Part shown: positions 10,331 to 21,430 of the stretch, in pieces
How positions within the stretch are numbered: the stretch's first letter is position 1
Layout: each line of letters opens with the position of its first letter
Assembly: GCF_011391645.1 (NCBI RefSeq)
Contig: NZ_JAABQC010000002.1
Location: forward strand, 726-64,725
Length of the DNA: 64,000 nt
Direction: 5' to 3'
Source: Rhodoferax sp.
GTDB lineage: Bacteria; Pseudomonadota; Gammaproteobacteria; Burkholderiales; Burkholderiaceae_C
Program-made: the position numbers and the translations under genes
The notes under the pieces: generated by a model
Databases searched by the model: none
What the model saw: only the letters and a program-made list of their open reading frames with translations
Told to the model about the DNA's origin: nothing

Positions 10331-10753
10331 TCAGGCGCGGCCAATGATGGAGGCAGTGGCCATCAGTTCCTCAAGCAAGGCCAGGGACACCTTGCCTGAA
10401 ACAGAGTAGGGATCCAGCTCTGGCCTTTCTGCATACTTGAGCAAAATGGACGCATTGATGCGGGTCATGTTGACCTCGCCCATGGTCCAGCCGGCAAAGC
10501 GCCGCTCGGAAATTTCTTCGTAGTGCAGCAGCACCACGTCCTTATGACGTTTGTCGCGCTGGATATGGCCGTACAGTTCACTGATTGCCATTCGGCCGCC
10601 TTCAATGGCTTGCAAAAAGATGCCGCCGCCGTAGCACAGCACGCCGGTGACCCCCGTGCTTGGGTTGTGATTGCGGGACTGCTGCAGAATCGACTCAATG
10701 GCTTCGGGCTGGGTCTCAACCGCGCGGCTGGCGTAAAGTAAACGGACCAACAT
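10331..10753 (-). CDS. Stand-alone BLUF blue-light sensor protein
   Basis: LLYASR (Tyr), NP, GVTGVL, FLQAIEG (Gln), RDKRH and RRFAGWTM (Trp/Met) motifs. Confidence 0.9.
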   Translation of the reverse strand: MLVRLLYASRAVETQPEAIESILQQSRNHNPSTGVTGVLCYGGGIFLQAIEGGRMAISELYGHIQRDKRHKDVVLLHYEEISERRFAGWTMGEVNMTRINASILLKYAERPELDPYSVSGKVSLALLEELMATASIIGRA

Positions 10754-10755
10754 GA

Positions 10756-11466
10756 TTAACCTTTCTGGGGAATGAGGGACAAAAATTCGCGACGCAAATT
10801 GGCGTCTTTCAGGAAGCTGCCGCGCATGACCGAGTTAATCATCTTGCTGTCCACGTCTTTGACTCCGCGCCAGCCCATACAAAAGTGACTGGCTTCCATG
10901 ACGATGGCGAGGCCATCAGGCTGGGTTTTTTGCTGGATCAGGTCGGCCAGTTGCACCACCGCCTCTTCCTGGATTTGTGGACGTCCCATGACCCATTCGG
11001 CCAGCCGTGCGTATTTGGACAGGCCGATCACATTGGTGTGCTCATTGGGCAGCACACCAATCCAGATCTTGCCCATGATCGGGCAGAAGTGGTGGCTGCA
11101 GGCGCTGCGAACGGTGATCGGGCCGACAATCATCAGCTCATTGAGGTGCTCGGCGTTCGGGAACTCGGTAATGGGTGGCGCCTTGACATAACGGCCCTGA
11201 AACACCTCCTTGAGGTACATCTTGGCTACTCGGCGTGCCGTGTCGTCGGTGTTGTGGTCGTGCTCGGTGTCGATCACCAGGCTACCCAGCACGCCCTTCA
11301 TTTTGGCTTCGACTTCGTCGAGGAGCAATTCAAGTTCGCCGGGCTCAATGAAGTCGGCAATGTTGTCATTGGCATGAAAACGCTTGCGTGCAGCCTGAAT
11401 GCGTTCGCGGATTTTGACTGAGACCGGTGTGCCTTCTTCGCAGGGGGCTGAATTCATGTTTGTCAT
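10756..11466 (-). CDS. folE: GTP cyclohydrolase I
   Basis: DTARRVAKMY, SACSHHFCP, GLSKYARL, RPQIQE, HFCMGWRGV; start chosen at ATG 11466. Confidence 0.95.
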   Translation of the reverse strand: MTNMNSAPCEEGTPVSVKIRERIQAARKRFHANDNIADFIEPGELELLLDEVEAKMKGVLGSLVIDTEHDHNTDDTARRVAKMYLKEVFQGRYVKAPPITEFPNAEHLNELMIVGPITVRSACSHHFCPIMGKIWIGVLPNEHTNVIGLSKYARLAEWVMGRPQIQEEAVVQLADLIQQKTQPDGLAIVMEASHFCMGWRGVKDVDSKMINSVMRGSFLKDANLRREFLSLIPQKG

Positions 11467-11561
11467 GGCTGGTGGTTGAATATCGACGAATATTAGCAGT
11501 CTTTTCGCAACAAGGTTTTCCAACCAAAAGACCTCACCCCTTTGTACATATAGCTATTTAT

Positions 11562-12785
11562 TCAATAGCGTTTTCCATGTATGAACAACAAGGTGCGCAT
11601 GATGGCATAGGCCACCTGATCCAGCAGGCGCTGCACCAGCGGCCGGTTGGCGTAGTCCTCGGGGGCGACCCGCGTGCCTTCCACCTGCATGGCGTGTTCC
11701 AGGCGCGCCTGCAGCCTCTGCGCAAAAGCCGCGTCATCGATCACCACATTGGCCTCGCGTGCCAGCAACAGGCTCAGGGGATCCAGGTTGGATGACCCCA
11801 CCGTGGCCCAATGACCATCAATCACAGCGACCTTGGCGTGCAAAAAACTCACCCGGTATTCAATGATTTCAACTCCGGCAGCGAGTAACTTGCCGTAAAC
11901 CACGCGCGCCGCATGGTACTGCATGAAGTATTCGTAGCGCCCTTGCAGCAGCAGGCGCACCCGCACGCCGCGCTGGGCCGCGTGGATCAAACCCTGGCGA
12001 ATTTTTCGCCCGGGTAAAAAATAAGCATTGGCAATGATGATGTCTTGTTTTGCCTCGCCAATGGCCTGCCGATACGCGCGCTCGATACGAGTTCTGTGGC
12101 GCAGGTTGTCGCGCAGCACCAAATCAGCCTTTGTCATCGCCGCTATGCTCGCCTTGTTGCCAACGCCGGGGCTCAAGTCCGCTTTGATCGGGGCATCGGG
12201 ATCAGATTTGTTCGCCTCCTGAAGGGCTTGCCAGCCCGCAGCCAGATCCCCCTGGCGCACGATACGCGTGGCTTGCAGGCGCCACCAGAACTGCACCAGG
12301 GCGGCGTGTGCCGACTCAACCAGCGGACCGCTCACGCGTACCGCAAAGTCAAATCGGGGCAAATCAAGGCGCCCGTAATTGGGGTCAAAAAAGTCATCCA
12401 GCACATTGATGCCGCCGCAAAAAGCGACACGGCCATCCACGACACACAGTTTGCGATGCAAGCGGCGCCAGCGCTTGGGAAACAGAATGCCGACACCTCC
12501 GAGTGGGGAAAAAATCCGCCACGCCACGCCTGCCGCCAAAAAACGATCGATCCATTCCCTGCTCAGGCTCGCAGTGCCGGCGCCGTCCACCACCAGATAC
12601 ACCTTGACTCCGCGTTGTGCGGCGCGCTCCAGTGCTCGCGCCACCTCCAAACCAGAGGCTTCCACGCTGAAAATATAGGTTTCCAGACGGACTTCATGCG
12701 CACTGCCGTCTATGGCCTGCACCAGTGACGGAAAGAATTCCTGCGACCCTTGCAACAAATCCACCTGATGACCGGGTGTAAACAT
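11562..12785 (-). CDS. clsB: Cardiolipin synthase B
   Basis: Two HKD motifs (HRKLCVVD, HAKVAVID); follows an EEP/YbhP-like gene. Confidence 0.85.
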   Translation of the reverse strand: MFTPGHQVDLLQGSQEFFPSLVQAIDGSAHEVRLETYIFSVEASGLEVARALERAAQRGVKVYLVVDGAGTASLSREWIDRFLAAGVAWRIFSPLGGVGILFPKRWRRLHRKLCVVDGRVAFCGGINVLDDFFDPNYGRLDLPRFDFAVRVSGPLVESAHAALVQFWWRLQATRIVRQGDLAAGWQALQEANKSDPDAPIKADLSPGVGNKASIAAMTKADLVLRDNLRHRTRIERAYRQAIGEAKQDIIIANAYFLPGRKIRQGLIHAAQRGVRVRLLLQGRYEYFMQYHAARVVYGKLLAAGVEIIEYRVSFLHAKVAVIDGHWATVGSSNLDPLSLLLAREANVVIDDAAFAQRLQARLEHAMQVEGTRVAPEDYANRPLVQRLLDQVAYAIMRTLLFIHGKRY

Positions 12786-12793
12786 GCCGGGAA

Positions 12794-13528
12794 TCAGGAA
12801 ACTGACAGGGAAAATTCAGCGATCAGCGGCAAATGGTCGGACATGCGCGACCAAATGCGCCCGCGCGGCACCATCAAGCCCATCGGCGTGAGCCCACGGG
12901 CAAAAACATAGTCCAGCTGCGCCAGGGGCAGTCGTGACGGAAAGGTCGGCTGACGCACATCCCAGGCATGCAGGTTTGCCTGCGCCAGCGCCATCTGCAC
13001 GGTCTTGCCCCAATCGTTGAAGTCGCCTGCCACCAGCAGCGGCGCCGAGGCTGGTATTTCACGCTCGATAAAGCGCTTCAACTGTTCCACCTGACGCACC
13101 CGACTGGCCTTGACCAACCCCAGATGCACCACCAGAACGTGCACCATTTTCCCGTGCACTTCAAGCATGACATGCAAAAAGCCGCGCTGCTCCAGACGAT
13201 GATCTGACATATCCTCATGCTGGTGGGCCAGCACCGGCCAGCGTGACAGAAGAGCGTTGCCATGCTCGCCGTGGCGCGTGACGGCATTGGTGCGGTACAC
13301 CGCCTCGTAGCCCTGGGGCGCCAAAAAATCGGCTTGCGCCAACTCAGGCCAAGACGGAAAACGTTTGGCCTCAAGCCGGTTGCTGTGCCGCACCTCCTGC
13401 AGGCACACCACATCGGCATCGAGCGACTCCACCGCCAGGCCCAGATTGTGGATTTCCAGACGCCGCGCCGGCCCCAGGCCTTGCACCCCCTTGTGAATGT
13501 TGTAAGTGGCAACACGGATGATGTTCAT
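12794..13528 (-). CDS. Endonuclease/exonuclease/phosphatase family protein (YbhP-like)
   Basis: TYNIHKG, LQEV, GNALLS, GDFNDW and SDHLP motifs; ATG 13528 overlaps the nudB stop. Confidence 0.9.
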   Translation of the reverse strand: MNIIRVATYNIHKGVQGLGPARRLEIHNLGLAVESLDADVVCLQEVRHSNRLEAKRFPSWPELAQADFLAPQGYEAVYRTNAVTRHGEHGNALLSRWPVLAHQHEDMSDHRLEQRGFLHVMLEVHGKMVHVLVVHLGLVKASRVRQVEQLKRFIEREIPASAPLLVAGDFNDWGKTVQMALAQANLHAWDVRQPTFPSRLPLAQLDYVFARGLTPMGLMVPRGRIWSRMSDHLPLIAEFSLSVS

Positions 13529-14013
13529 GGCTGATTTTGCCGCTGAAAGAACCTTGGCAGCAGCAGGCAAGCTTCGGCGTTGGACGGTGAAAAACAGGCC
13601 TCTGCCGCCAATGGGTAGGGCAGCCACTGGTAGGCCGTGTGCTCCTGCGGACTCAGGCGCACCGGGGTTCCTGTCGGGACCTGCAAGCCAAACAGATGTT
13701 CGGTGTTGTGCATCACGCCAGGCGCATAGCGATGAAGCCAGCGCGGATAGATCTCGTACACATTCTCGAGTTGCCAGTCATGAAGTTGACCCGCCAGGGC
13801 CGAACCAGGCGCGCAGTCAATGCCGGTTTCTTCCATTACCTCGCGCCAGGCGGTTTGCTCAAATGACTCGTCCAGGCTGTCTTTACTGCCGGTGACCGAT
13901 TGCCAGAATTCATCCGCATCGGCGCGCCTGATCAACAGCACCTCCAGTGCCGGGGTGTGAATGACGACCAGCACCGACTGCGGAATTTTGAAAGGGTGAA
14001 TAGGTGCAGGCAC
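13525..14013 (-). CDS. nudB: Dihydroneopterin triphosphate diphosphatase
   Basis: FKIPQSVLVVIH, WQSVTGS, Nudix box AWREVMEETG, RYAPGVMHNTEH; GTG start at 14013 inferred. Confidence 0.85.
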   Translation of the reverse strand: MPAPIHPFKIPQSVLVVIHTPALEVLLIRRADADEFWQSVTGSKDSLDESFEQTAWREVMEETGIDCAPGSALAGQLHDWQLENVYEIYPRWLHRYAPGVMHNTEHLFGLQVPTGTPVRLSPQEHTAYQWLPYPLAAEACFSPSNAEACLLLPRFFQRQNQP

Positions 14014-14030
14014 GGAAAAACAAGGGTTCC

Positions 14031-14066
14031 AATGAAAAAGGGCGCCGACCTGGCGCCCTTTCATTT
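14031..14066 (-). terminator. Rho-independent terminator after aspS (possibly bidirectional)
   Basis: Hairpin AAAGGGCGCC-GACCT-GGCGCCCTTT, followed by a T-run on the minus strand. Confidence 0.7.
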
Positions 14067-14090
14067 TGCATCAAACCAGCATCAGCAGGC

Positions 14091-15893
14091 TCAGGCCGGT
14101 TTTACGGCTTCCGGGGTGCGCAGACGGATGTGCAGTTCGCGCAACTGCTTTTCGTCCACCGGGCTCGGCGCTTGCGTCAGCAGGCACTGGGCGCGCTGGG
14201 TTTTGGGGAAGGCGATCACGTCACGGATCGACTCGGCGCCGGTCATCAGGGTCACGATGCGGTCAAGGCCAAAGGCCAAGCCGCCATGCGGCGGGGCACC
14301 GTATTGCAGCGCGTCGAGCAGGAAGCCAAACTTTTGCTGCGCCTCTTCGGGCGAAATTTTGAGCGCATCGAACACCTTTTTCTGCACTTCGGCACGGTGG
14401 ATACGGACTGAGCCGCCACCCATTTCCCAGCCGTTGAGCACCATGTCGTAGCCCTTGGAGATGCAATTTCCGGGGTCTGTGACCATCAGGTCCTCATGGC
14501 CGTCCTTGGGCGCGGTAAACGGATGATGCACGGCCATCCAGCGGTCAGACTCTTCGTCGTGCTCGAACATCGGGAAGTCCACCACCCACAGCGGCGCCCA
14601 GCGGTCCTCAAACAGGCCGTTTTTCTTGCCAAACGCGCTGTGGCCAATCTTGATGCGCAGCGCACCGATGGCGTCGTTGACAATTTTTTCCTTGTCAGCG
14701 CCAAAAAACAGCAGGTCGCCATTCTTGGCACCGGTGCGCTTCAGAATCTCAGCCAGCGCCGCGTCGTGCAGATTCTTGACCACCGGGCTTTGCAGGCCTT
14801 CGCGGCCTTTGGTCACGTCGTTGACCTTGATCCAGGCCAGGCCCTTGGCGCCGTAAATCTTGACGAATTCGCCATAGTTGTCAATTTCGCTGCGTGTGAT
14901 CTCGGCGCCGCCCGGCACGCACAGCGCGACCACACGGCCGCCCTTGGTGGTGGCAGGTGTGGAGAACACCTTGAAATCGACATCGGCCATGACGTCGGTG
15001 AGTTCGGTAAATTCAAGCTTGACGCGCAGGTCGGGCTTGTCGGACCCAAAACGGCGCGCCGCTTCCTGGTAGGTCATGACCGGGAACTCGCCCAGGTCCA
15101 CCCCGAGCGTGTTCTGGAACACGGTTTTGATCATGCCCTGAAAAATCTCGCGGATTTCTTCTTCGTCCATGAACGAGGTTTCAATATCGATCTGGGTGAA
15201 TTCTGGCTGGCGATCGGCGCGCAGGTCTTCGTCGCGAAAGCATTTGGTGATCTGGTAATAGCGGTCAAAACCGGCCACCATCAGCAATTGCTTGAACAAC
15301 TGCGGACTTTGCGGCAGCGCAAAAAAGTGGCCGTCATGGACACGGCTGGGCACCAAATAATCGCGCGCGCCCTCAGGCGTGCTCTTGGTCAGCATGGGGG
15401 TTTCAATGTCGACGAATCCGTTGGCATCGAGAAACTTGCGCACTTCCATCGTCACGCGGTAGCGCAGCATCAGGTTGTTTTGCATGTAGGGACGGCGCAG
15501 GTCGAGCACCCGGTGCGTCAGGCGCGTGGTCTCGCTCAGGTTTTCTTCGTCGAGTTGGAACGGCGGCGTGACCGAGGGATTGAGCACTTTAAGCTCGTGG
15601 CACAGCACTTCAATCTTGCCGCTCTTGAGGTTGCCATTGACGGTGCCCTCCGGGCGGGCCCGCACCAGTCCTTTGACCTGGATGCAAAACTCGTTGCGCA
15701 GGTTTTCAGCCACGCCAAACATCTCGGCACGGTCGGGGTCGCAGACCACCTGCACATAACCTTCGCGGTCGCGCACGTCAACAAAAATCACGCCGCCGTG
15801 GTCGCGTCGGCGGTTGACCCAACCGCACAGCGTCACGGTTTGCCCCATCAGGGCTTCAGTGACCAATCCACAATAATGAGTACGCATCGCCAT
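14091..15893 (-). CDS. aspS: Aspartate--tRNA ligase, likely non-discriminating (Asp/Asn)
   Basis: [33 protein letters not shown]; RRDHGG and GAPPHGG are typical of the non-discriminating type. Confidence 0.95.
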   Translation of the reverse strand: MAMRTHYCGLVTEALMGQTVTLCGWVNRRRDHGGVIFVDVRDREGYVQVVCDPDRAEMFGVAENLRNEFCIQVKGLVRARPEGTVNGNLKSGKIEVLCHELKVLNPSVTPPFQLDEENLSETTRLTHRVLDLRRPYMQNNLMLRYRVTMEVRKFLDANGFVDIETPMLTKSTPEGARDYLVPSRVHDGHFFALPQSPQLFKQLLMVAGFDRYYQITKCFRDEDLRADRQPEFTQIDIETSFMDEEEIREIFQGMIKTVFQNTLGVDLGEFPVMTYQEAARRFGSDKPDLRVKLEFTELTDVMADVDFKVFSTPATTKGGRVVALCVPGGAEITRSEIDNYGEFVKIYGAKGLAWIKVNDVTKGREGLQSPVVKNLHDAALAEILKRTGAKNGDLLFFGADKEKIVNDAIGALRIKIGHSAFGKKNGLFEDRWAPLWVVDFPMFEHDEESDRWMAVHHPFTAPKDGHEDLMVTDPGNCISKGYDMVLNGWEMGGGSVRIHRAEVQKKVFDALKISPEEAQQKFGFLLDALQYGAPPHGGLAFGLDRIVTLMTGAESIRDVIAFPKTQRAQCLLTQAPSPVDEKQLRELHIRLRTPEAVKPA

Positions 15894-15945
15894 AAAACTG
15901 CTTTCTGTGACCACACTTTGAATAGGTGGCGGGGTTTTCAAAAAT

Positions 15946-16584
15946 TTATTTGGGTAAAACTTCTTGCGCTGCGGGAGCCACAGAACCCATCGAAATCACG
16001 TAGGTCAGCGCCTCGTCAACGCTCATCTTGAGCTCAATCACATCACTGCGCGGCAGCATCAAAAAGAAACCACTGGTCGGGTTGGGGGTGGTGGGAACAT
16101 AAACACTGACAAAGTCAGAGCCCAGGTGCTGCGCCACCTCGCCACCCGGCGCGCCGGTTTGAAACGCAATGGTCCAGGCGCCCGGACGCGGGTACTGCAC
16201 CAGCAGGGCTGTGCGAAAGGCGTTGCCATTGCTGGAGAACAGTGTGTCGGAAACTTTTTTGACACTGTTGTAAATGGTCTTGAAAACCGGAATATTGGTC
16301 TGCAACCGATGCCATTGCACCAGCCACCAGCGCCCCGCCACGTTCGATACCAGCGCTCCGGTAACCAACAGTCCACTAAAGACCAGGATCACTCCGAGAC
16401 CGGGAATATGCTTGAAGTACTCCAGCATCCCCGTCAGGGAGCCTGGCAGAACGGCCTGCAATACCGTCAAAAAGCCAACAAAGATGCCATCGAGCAATTC
16501 CATCAGCCACAACAAGACAGCGAACGTGATGGCTGTGGGCAACCATACCAACAGGCCCGTCAGCAGGTATTTTTTATACGGCAC
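15946..16584 (-). CDS. DUF502 domain membrane protein
   Basis: [21 protein letters not shown]; conserved position upstream of aspS. Confidence 0.85.
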   Translation of the reverse strand: MPYKKYLLTGLLVWLPTAITFAVLLWLMELLDGIFVGFLTVLQAVLPGSLTGMLEYFKHIPGLGVILVFSGLLVTGALVSNVAGRWWLVQWHRLQTNIPVFKTIYNSVKKVSDTLFSSNGNAFRTALLVQYPRPGAWTIAFQTGAPGGEVAQHLGSDFVSVYVPTTPNPTSGFFLMLPRSDVIELKMSVDEALTYVISMGSVAPAAQEVLPK

Positions 16585-16607
16585 AAGGTCTTTCGAGAAG
16601 ATTCAGC

Positions 16608-16934
16608 TCAACTGTGGCAAGCACAGCCGCCGCCGCAGGCGCTTGCCGCCGGGGCGGCAGTGTCAGTTTTGACGGCGGGTGCGGCAGTGGCACCCGCGTC
16701 GGGCACTGCCGTCGTGGCAGCCGCGGCTGCGGCCGCTGGTGCAACTGCGGCACCGCCCTTGAAGTCTGTGGCGTACCAGCCCGAACCCTTCAACTGGAAC
16801 CCTGCTGCCGTGAGCTGCTTGTCAAAGTTGGGTTTTCCGCAACTGGGGCATTCTGTGAGCACCGGGTCAGACATTTTTTGCAACACGTCCCGGGCAAACC
16901 CGCAGGCGTTGCATTTGTAAGCGTAAATGGGCAT
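16608..16934 (-). CDS. FmdB family zinc-ribbon protein
   Basis: MPIYAYKCNACG...CPSCG, FQLKGSGWYATDF. Confidence 0.9.
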   Translation of the reverse strand: MPIYAYKCNACGFARDVLQKMSDPVLTECPSCGKPNFDKQLTAAGFQLKGSGWYATDFKGGAAVAPAAAAAAATTAVPDAGATAAPAVKTDTAAPAASACGGGCACHS

Positions 16935-17016
16935 GGTGATAAAGCAGGAGTAAGAGTCGCAAAGCCTGTCATTATAAAGTGCACCTTTCAGTGCAACAGC
17001 AGTTTGGACCTGGCGC

Positions 17017-18585
17017 TTAAAAAAGTCGCACCCGCGCCAGGACCTGCATCACGATCAGACCCAGCAAAAAGCCGATGCCTCCATAGATGATGGCTTGCAA
17101 CAAACTGTTGGTGCGCTTTTGCTCGACCAGCAACGCCTTTAGATCCCGCGCGTGGTTTTTTGAGGATGACTGTTGTAAAAAGTCAAATAACAGGCGTGGC
17201 AACTCTGGCAGCATCTTGGCGTAGCGCGGCGCTTCATTGCGCAATTCTTTGATCAACTTGCTGGGACCAATCTGCTCCACCATCCAATTTTCAAGAAAGG
17301 GTTTGGCGGTGTGCCACAAGTCAAGATCCGGGTCGAGTTGGCGCCCCAGACCCTCAATGTTGAGGAGGGTCTTTTGCAGCAACACCAACTGCGGCTGAAT
17401 TTCCACCTGAAACCGGCGCGATGTCTGAAACAGCCGCATCAGGATCAGGCCCAGCGAAAGCTCCTTGAGCGGTCGATCAAAATACGGCTCACATACGGCA
17501 CGCACGGCAGCCTCAAGCTCATCGACCCTTGTGGCTGCCGGCACCCAACCGGATTCAATATGCAACTCGGCCACACGCTTGTAGTCACGGCGAAAAAATG
17601 CAATGAAGTTTTGCGCAAGATACTCTTTGTCACCCTCCGTCAAAGTGCCCACAATCCCGAAGTCGAGCGAAATAAAACGGCCAAAGGTGGCTGGATCAAG
17701 GCTTACCTGGATGTTGCCCGGGTGCATGTCGGCATGGAAAAAGCCGTCGCGAAAAACCTGGGTAAAAAAGATGTTGACACCATCGCGCGCCAACTTCGGG
17801 ATGTCCACTCCGGCCTCGCGCAGTCGCTCCACCTGGCTGATCGGCACACCCTTCATGCGCTCCATCACGATCACCTCGGGCATGCAATAGTCCCAGTACA
17901 TCTCAGGAATCAAGACCAGGTCAAGGTCCGCCATGTTGCGCCGCAACTGCGCGGCGCTTGAGGCCTCACGCACAAGATCGAGCTCATCGTGCAGGTATTT
18001 GTTAAATTCAGCCACCACCTCGCGTGGCTTGAGACGCTTGCCGTCATCCGACAGACTCTCGACCCAGCCCGCCATCATGCCCAACAGCGCAAGGTCTTTG
18101 TCGATCACCGACAACATGTCGGGGCGCAGCACTTTGACAGCCACTTCGCGTGCCTGGCCCTGTCTGTCCTTGAGCACCGCGAAATGGACCTGGGCAATGG
18201 AGGCACTGGCCACCGGCTGTCGATCGAAAGACACGAAAATATCATCGACCGATTTCTTGAAAGCCCGTTCGATGATGCCAATTGCCACCTCGCTTGAAAA
18301 CGGTGGCACGCGGTCTTGCAACAGCGCCAGCTCGTCGGCAATGTCAACCGGCAACAAATCACGCCGTGTCGACAGGACTTGACCAAATTTGACAAAGATC
18401 GGCCCAAGACTTTCCAGGGTCTGACGAATGCGTTGGCCCCGGGGCGCATCAAGCTTGCGGCCCAGCGTCAGGATGCGCGTCAAACGCAGCAACCAGGGCT
18501 TTTTGAAGCTGTTGAGTGCCAGTTCATCGAGGCCATTGCGCAACATCACCCAAAGGATGAAGGCACCTCGAAAAATATTGGTCAT
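17017..18585 (-). CDS. ubiB: Ubiquinone biosynthesis protein kinase-like UbiB
   Basis: [23 protein letters not shown] and [10 protein letters not shown] motifs. Confidence 0.95.
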   Translation of the reverse strand: MTNIFRGAFILWVMLRNGLDELALNSFKKPWLLRLTRILTLGRKLDAPRGQRIRQTLESLGPIFVKFGQVLSTRRDLLPVDIADELALLQDRVPPFSSEVAIGIIERAFKKSVDDIFVSFDRQPVASASIAQVHFAVLKDRQGQAREVAVKVLRPDMLSVIDKDLALLGMMAGWVESLSDDGKRLKPREVVAEFNKYLHDELDLVREASSAAQLRRNMADLDLVLIPEMYWDYCMPEVIVMERMKGVPISQVERLREAGVDIPKLARDGVNIFFTQVFRDGFFHADMHPGNIQVSLDPATFGRFISLDFGIVGTLTEGDKEYLAQNFIAFFRRDYKRVAELHIESGWVPAATRVDELEAAVRAVCEPYFDRPLKELSLGLILMRLFQTSRRFQVEIQPQLVLLQKTLLNIEGLGRQLDPDLDLWHTAKPFLENWMVEQIGPSKLIKELRNEAPRYAKMLPELPRLLFDFLQQSSSKNHARDLKALLVEQKRTNSLLQAIIYGGIGFLLGLIVMQVLARVRLF

Positions 18586-19142
18586 TTAGCCGACTTGCCC
18601 GGGGCGAACGCTGCTGCTTTGGCCAAAAATTCACGCAAGTTGGTGCTCATGGCCTGGGCCATCTGGCTGAGCGTGTGCGCGGGCACATCGCCAATGATGC
18701 GTGCCAGGTCTTCTTGCATGTCCCAGCGCACGTGCTCGGTCAACCAGTTCACCTCGGCTGCCAATTGCACGTCTCCCTCGACGCGCACGGCTGGCTTGCC
18801 GCCTTTCAAAACCGCCTGCGCCAGGGCCAGCGGCGACTCGTCAGTCAGCGTCAACACCAGATCGGGCTTGGTCTCGGGGGCGGCCAAGTCCAGCAAGCCT
18901 GCCGGGGTGGCAATGAGCTTGAAGTAAAAAGTGCGCCACTGCACCAACATGATGCGGTCTTTTTGGCGCGCCAGACGCGCCATGGCCTCACTTTCTTGCA
19001 TCAACACATGGTTGAGCAGCAGCACAATGCGGCGCTGGGCCTCATTGACAGCCCAAGCCGGCGGTGCGAGTTTGGGAAGCGGGAGTTTTTCTACAAAACT
19101 CTCCAAAAAAGAAAATGGCGTCTGTGTGGTCATGGACGCCAT
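18582..19142 (-). CDS. ubiJ: Ubiquinone biosynthesis accessory factor (SCP2 domain)
   Basis: [15 protein letters not shown] and [13 protein letters not shown]; lies between Tim44 and ubiB. Confidence 0.75.
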   Translation of the reverse strand: MASMTTQTPFSFLESFVEKLPLPKLAPPAWAVNEAQRRIVLLLNHVLMQESEAMARLARQKDRIMLVQWRTFYFKLIATPAGLLDLAAPETKPDLVLTLTDESPLALAQAVLKGGKPAVRVEGDVQLAAEVNWLTEHVRWDMQEDLARIIGDVPAHTLSQMAQAMSTNLREFLAKAAAFAPGKSAK

Positions 19143-19167
19143 TATTCCCTGAAATCAAACCCCCAGC

Positions 19168-20160
19168 TTACTGCAATGCCTGAACCCCTGCCACCAGCCA
19201 GCCACTGCGACCGCTTTTGGATTTGGTCATGTTCCAGACCTCCCGGAACGGGCTCGGACCGGATGAAGGTTCTTCGCGGATCATGCCGGTAAATTCAACG
19301 CTGGCCATGTATTCTTCACCCAGGTCTTCAATGCCGAGCAAATGCGCTTCGATCATCACCACCTCGGTCTGGTTGACAGGTCCGCCGGTGTGGGCCTCGC
19401 GTTCGGCCAGTTGCGCCTGGATTTCTTTGATCATGGTGTCCGTCATCATGACACGCAGCGCCGGGATATCGGACTTGTCCCAAGCCGCTTGCAGCGACAC
19501 AAAGTTGGCTTTTGCCGCCTTGAGGAAGCCCTCGGAATCAAAACCTTCAGGAATACCCCAGGTCTGCGAACCCGACAAACCGGAGCCGATCATCGAACCC
19601 GCTGCGGCAGGCGAAGCGCCACCCAGCGCGGTGCTGTCAAAAGCTGATGTGCTGCGTTCCCAGGGCCGCGCAGAAGCATCGTTGCCAACATTTTCCGGTC
19701 GGTAACTGACTGGTACCGAAGCCGGGCTGGCAGCTCCTGCCCCCTGAAATGCAAAGGGCGATGCAGAAGTCTGAGAACCCTGGTTTTTGCGCCGCTTGAA
19801 CCAGCTCACCGCGGCCATGATCACGATGGCCAGCAAGGCAAACATCAGCACCTGCCCCATGGCTTCACCCAGGCCCAGCGAACTGGCCAGCCAGGCCAGA
19901 CCCAGACCAGCCGCAAGTCCGCCCAGCATGGCACCCCAAGGCTTCTTGGGCGCCGCTGCAGCAGGGGCCGCCGCCGCGGGGGATTTTGTTGCGGTGGCTT
20001 GGTTGGGCGCGGCTGGCGCAGGAGCAGGAGCAGCTTGGCGTTGCGTCACGTTGCTGGACTGCTTGCCAAACGACGAGCCACCGCCAAAACGCTTGGCAGC
20101 TTCGGCGTGCCCGACCAACAACAACAGACTCATCGTCACCACTGAAAGCCATCGTTTCAT
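19168..20160 (-). CDS. Tim44-like domain protein
   Basis: Signal peptide, AKRFGGGSSFG, GGLAAGLGL, FVSLQAAWD and EVWNMTK; start ATG 20160 follows a GGAG RBS. Confidence 0.85.
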   Translation of the reverse strand: MKRWLSVVTMSLLLLVGHAEAAKRFGGGSSFGKQSSNVTQRQAAPAPAPAAPNQATATKSPAAAAPAAAAPKKPWGAMLGGLAAGLGLAWLASSLGLGEAMGQVLMFALLAIVIMAAVSWFKRRKNQGSQTSASPFAFQGAGAASPASVPVSYRPENVGNDASARPWERSTSAFDSTALGGASPAAAGSMIGSGLSGSQTWGIPEGFDSEGFLKAAKANFVSLQAAWDKSDIPALRVMMTDTMIKEIQAQLAEREAHTGGPVNQTEVVMIEAHLLGIEDLGEEYMASVEFTGMIREEPSSGPSPFREVWNMTKSKSGRSGWLVAGVQALQ

Positions 20161-20222
20161 ACCGTCTCCAAATCTAATTTGATGAACCAAAAATAATCAG
20201 GCGGCCACCAGGCTGACCCATC

Positions 20223-20954
20223 TCAACACTTGATACCAACGTGCAAGGCTACCAGACCGCCCGTCATGTTGTGGTAGTCGACATGGCCAAAGCCATTAGC
20301 CTTCATCAGGGATTTGAGCTCTTCCTGGCTGGGGTGCATGCGGATCGACTCAGCCAGATACTGGTAACTGGAGGCGTCGCCGGCCACCCAATCGCCGAGC
20401 TTGGGCAGCACCTTGAACGAATACCAGTCGTAGGCCTTTTCCAGCGGCTTGGCCACTTTGGAAAACTCCAGCACCAGCAACTTGCCGCCGGGCTGCAACA
20501 CCCGGTTCATCTCGGCCAGCGCCACGTCCTTGTGCGTCATATTGCGCAAGCCAAAGGCGACTGTGACCAGGTTGAAATGGTTGTCTGGAAACGGCAGTTT
20601 TTCTGCATCACACACCAGCGTGGGCAACACCACCCCGGCGTCCACCAGGCGGTTGCGTCCGGTGAGCAACATGGCCTCGTTGATGTCGGTATGCACCACC
20701 TGCCCGCTCTTGCCCACCTTGCCGGCAAAGGCCAGCGCCAGGTCGCCGGTGCCGCCCGCAATGTCAAGCACCTTGTCGCCCTCGCGCACGTTGGCGACGG
20801 TGACGGTGTAGGCCTTCCAGACGCGGTGCAAACCCATCGACATCAGGTCGTTCATGACGTCGTATTTTGGCGCAACAGAGTCAAAAACACCTTTGACGTG
20901 GGTGGCCTTCTCGGCCTCTTCAACGGTACGAAAACCGAAATGGGTGGAACTCAT
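20223..20954 (-). CDS. ubiE: Ubiquinone/menaquinone biosynthesis C-methyltransferase
   Basis: [28 protein letters not shown] and [10 protein letters not shown] motifs. Confidence 0.95.
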   Translation of the reverse strand: MSSTHFGFRTVEEAEKATHVKGVFDSVAPKYDVMNDLMSMGLHRVWKAYTVTVANVREGDKVLDIAGGTGDLALAFAGKVGKSGQVVHTDINEAMLLTGRNRLVDAGVVLPTLVCDAEKLPFPDNHFNLVTVAFGLRNMTHKDVALAEMNRVLQPGGKLLVLEFSKVAKPLEKAYDWYSFKVLPKLGDWVAGDASSYQYLAESIRMHPSQEELKSLMKANGFGHVDYHNMTGGLVALHVGIKC

Positions 20955-20985
20955 GATTGGATCGCAGTTTGGCTGAAAGAATATC

Positions 20986-21399
20986 TCAATGGCTGGCGCA
21001 GCTGCTGCCAGCTTTTTCTGGCATGGGTGCGTCGCGGTCCATGCCAGCCGCCGTCAGGCGTGCGTTGTAGTCGGCCCATAACTTGTCTTGCTGCGAACCC
21101 AGAAAGTACAGGTAGTCCCACGAATAAATGCCGGTGTCGTGCCCGTCTGAAAAGCTGGGTTGAACGGCGTAGTTGCCCACCGGCTCCAGACCGGTCAGCG
21201 TGACGTCACGCTTGCCAGTCTGCAGTGTTTCCTGCCCCGGCCCGTGGCCCGCCACCTCGGCCGACGGCGAATAAACGCGCATCAGTTCAAACGGAATGCG
21301 AAATTGCGCACCGTCCGAGAAACTGATTTCAAGAACGCGCGACTGACTGTGCACGGTGATGTCTTGTGGCGCTGGAGCGCCTGCCTGCAAACCTGCCAT
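20986..21399 (-). CDS. DUF971 / gamma-butyrobetaine hydroxylase-like N-terminal domain protein
   Basis: [22 protein letters not shown] and [12 protein letters not shown]; AGGAG RBS before ATG 21399. Confidence 0.85.
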   Translation of the reverse strand: MAGLQAGAPAPQDITVHSQSRVLEISFSDGAQFRIPFELMRVYSPSAEVAGHGPGQETLQTGKRDVTLTGLEPVGNYAVQPSFSDGHDTGIYSWDYLYFLGSQQDKLWADYNARLTAAGMDRDAPMPEKAGSSCASH

Positions 21400-21430
21400 G
21401 TGTGTCTCCTCTTTTAAATTGTCATCAAAC

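Noticed and set aside
14496-16031. Long antisense ORFs (this one, and e.g. 4656..5831, 23531..25138, 38693..40045, 59494..60792)
   Set aside because: They lie opposite well-supported genes, carry no motifs, and are expected in high-GC coding DNA.
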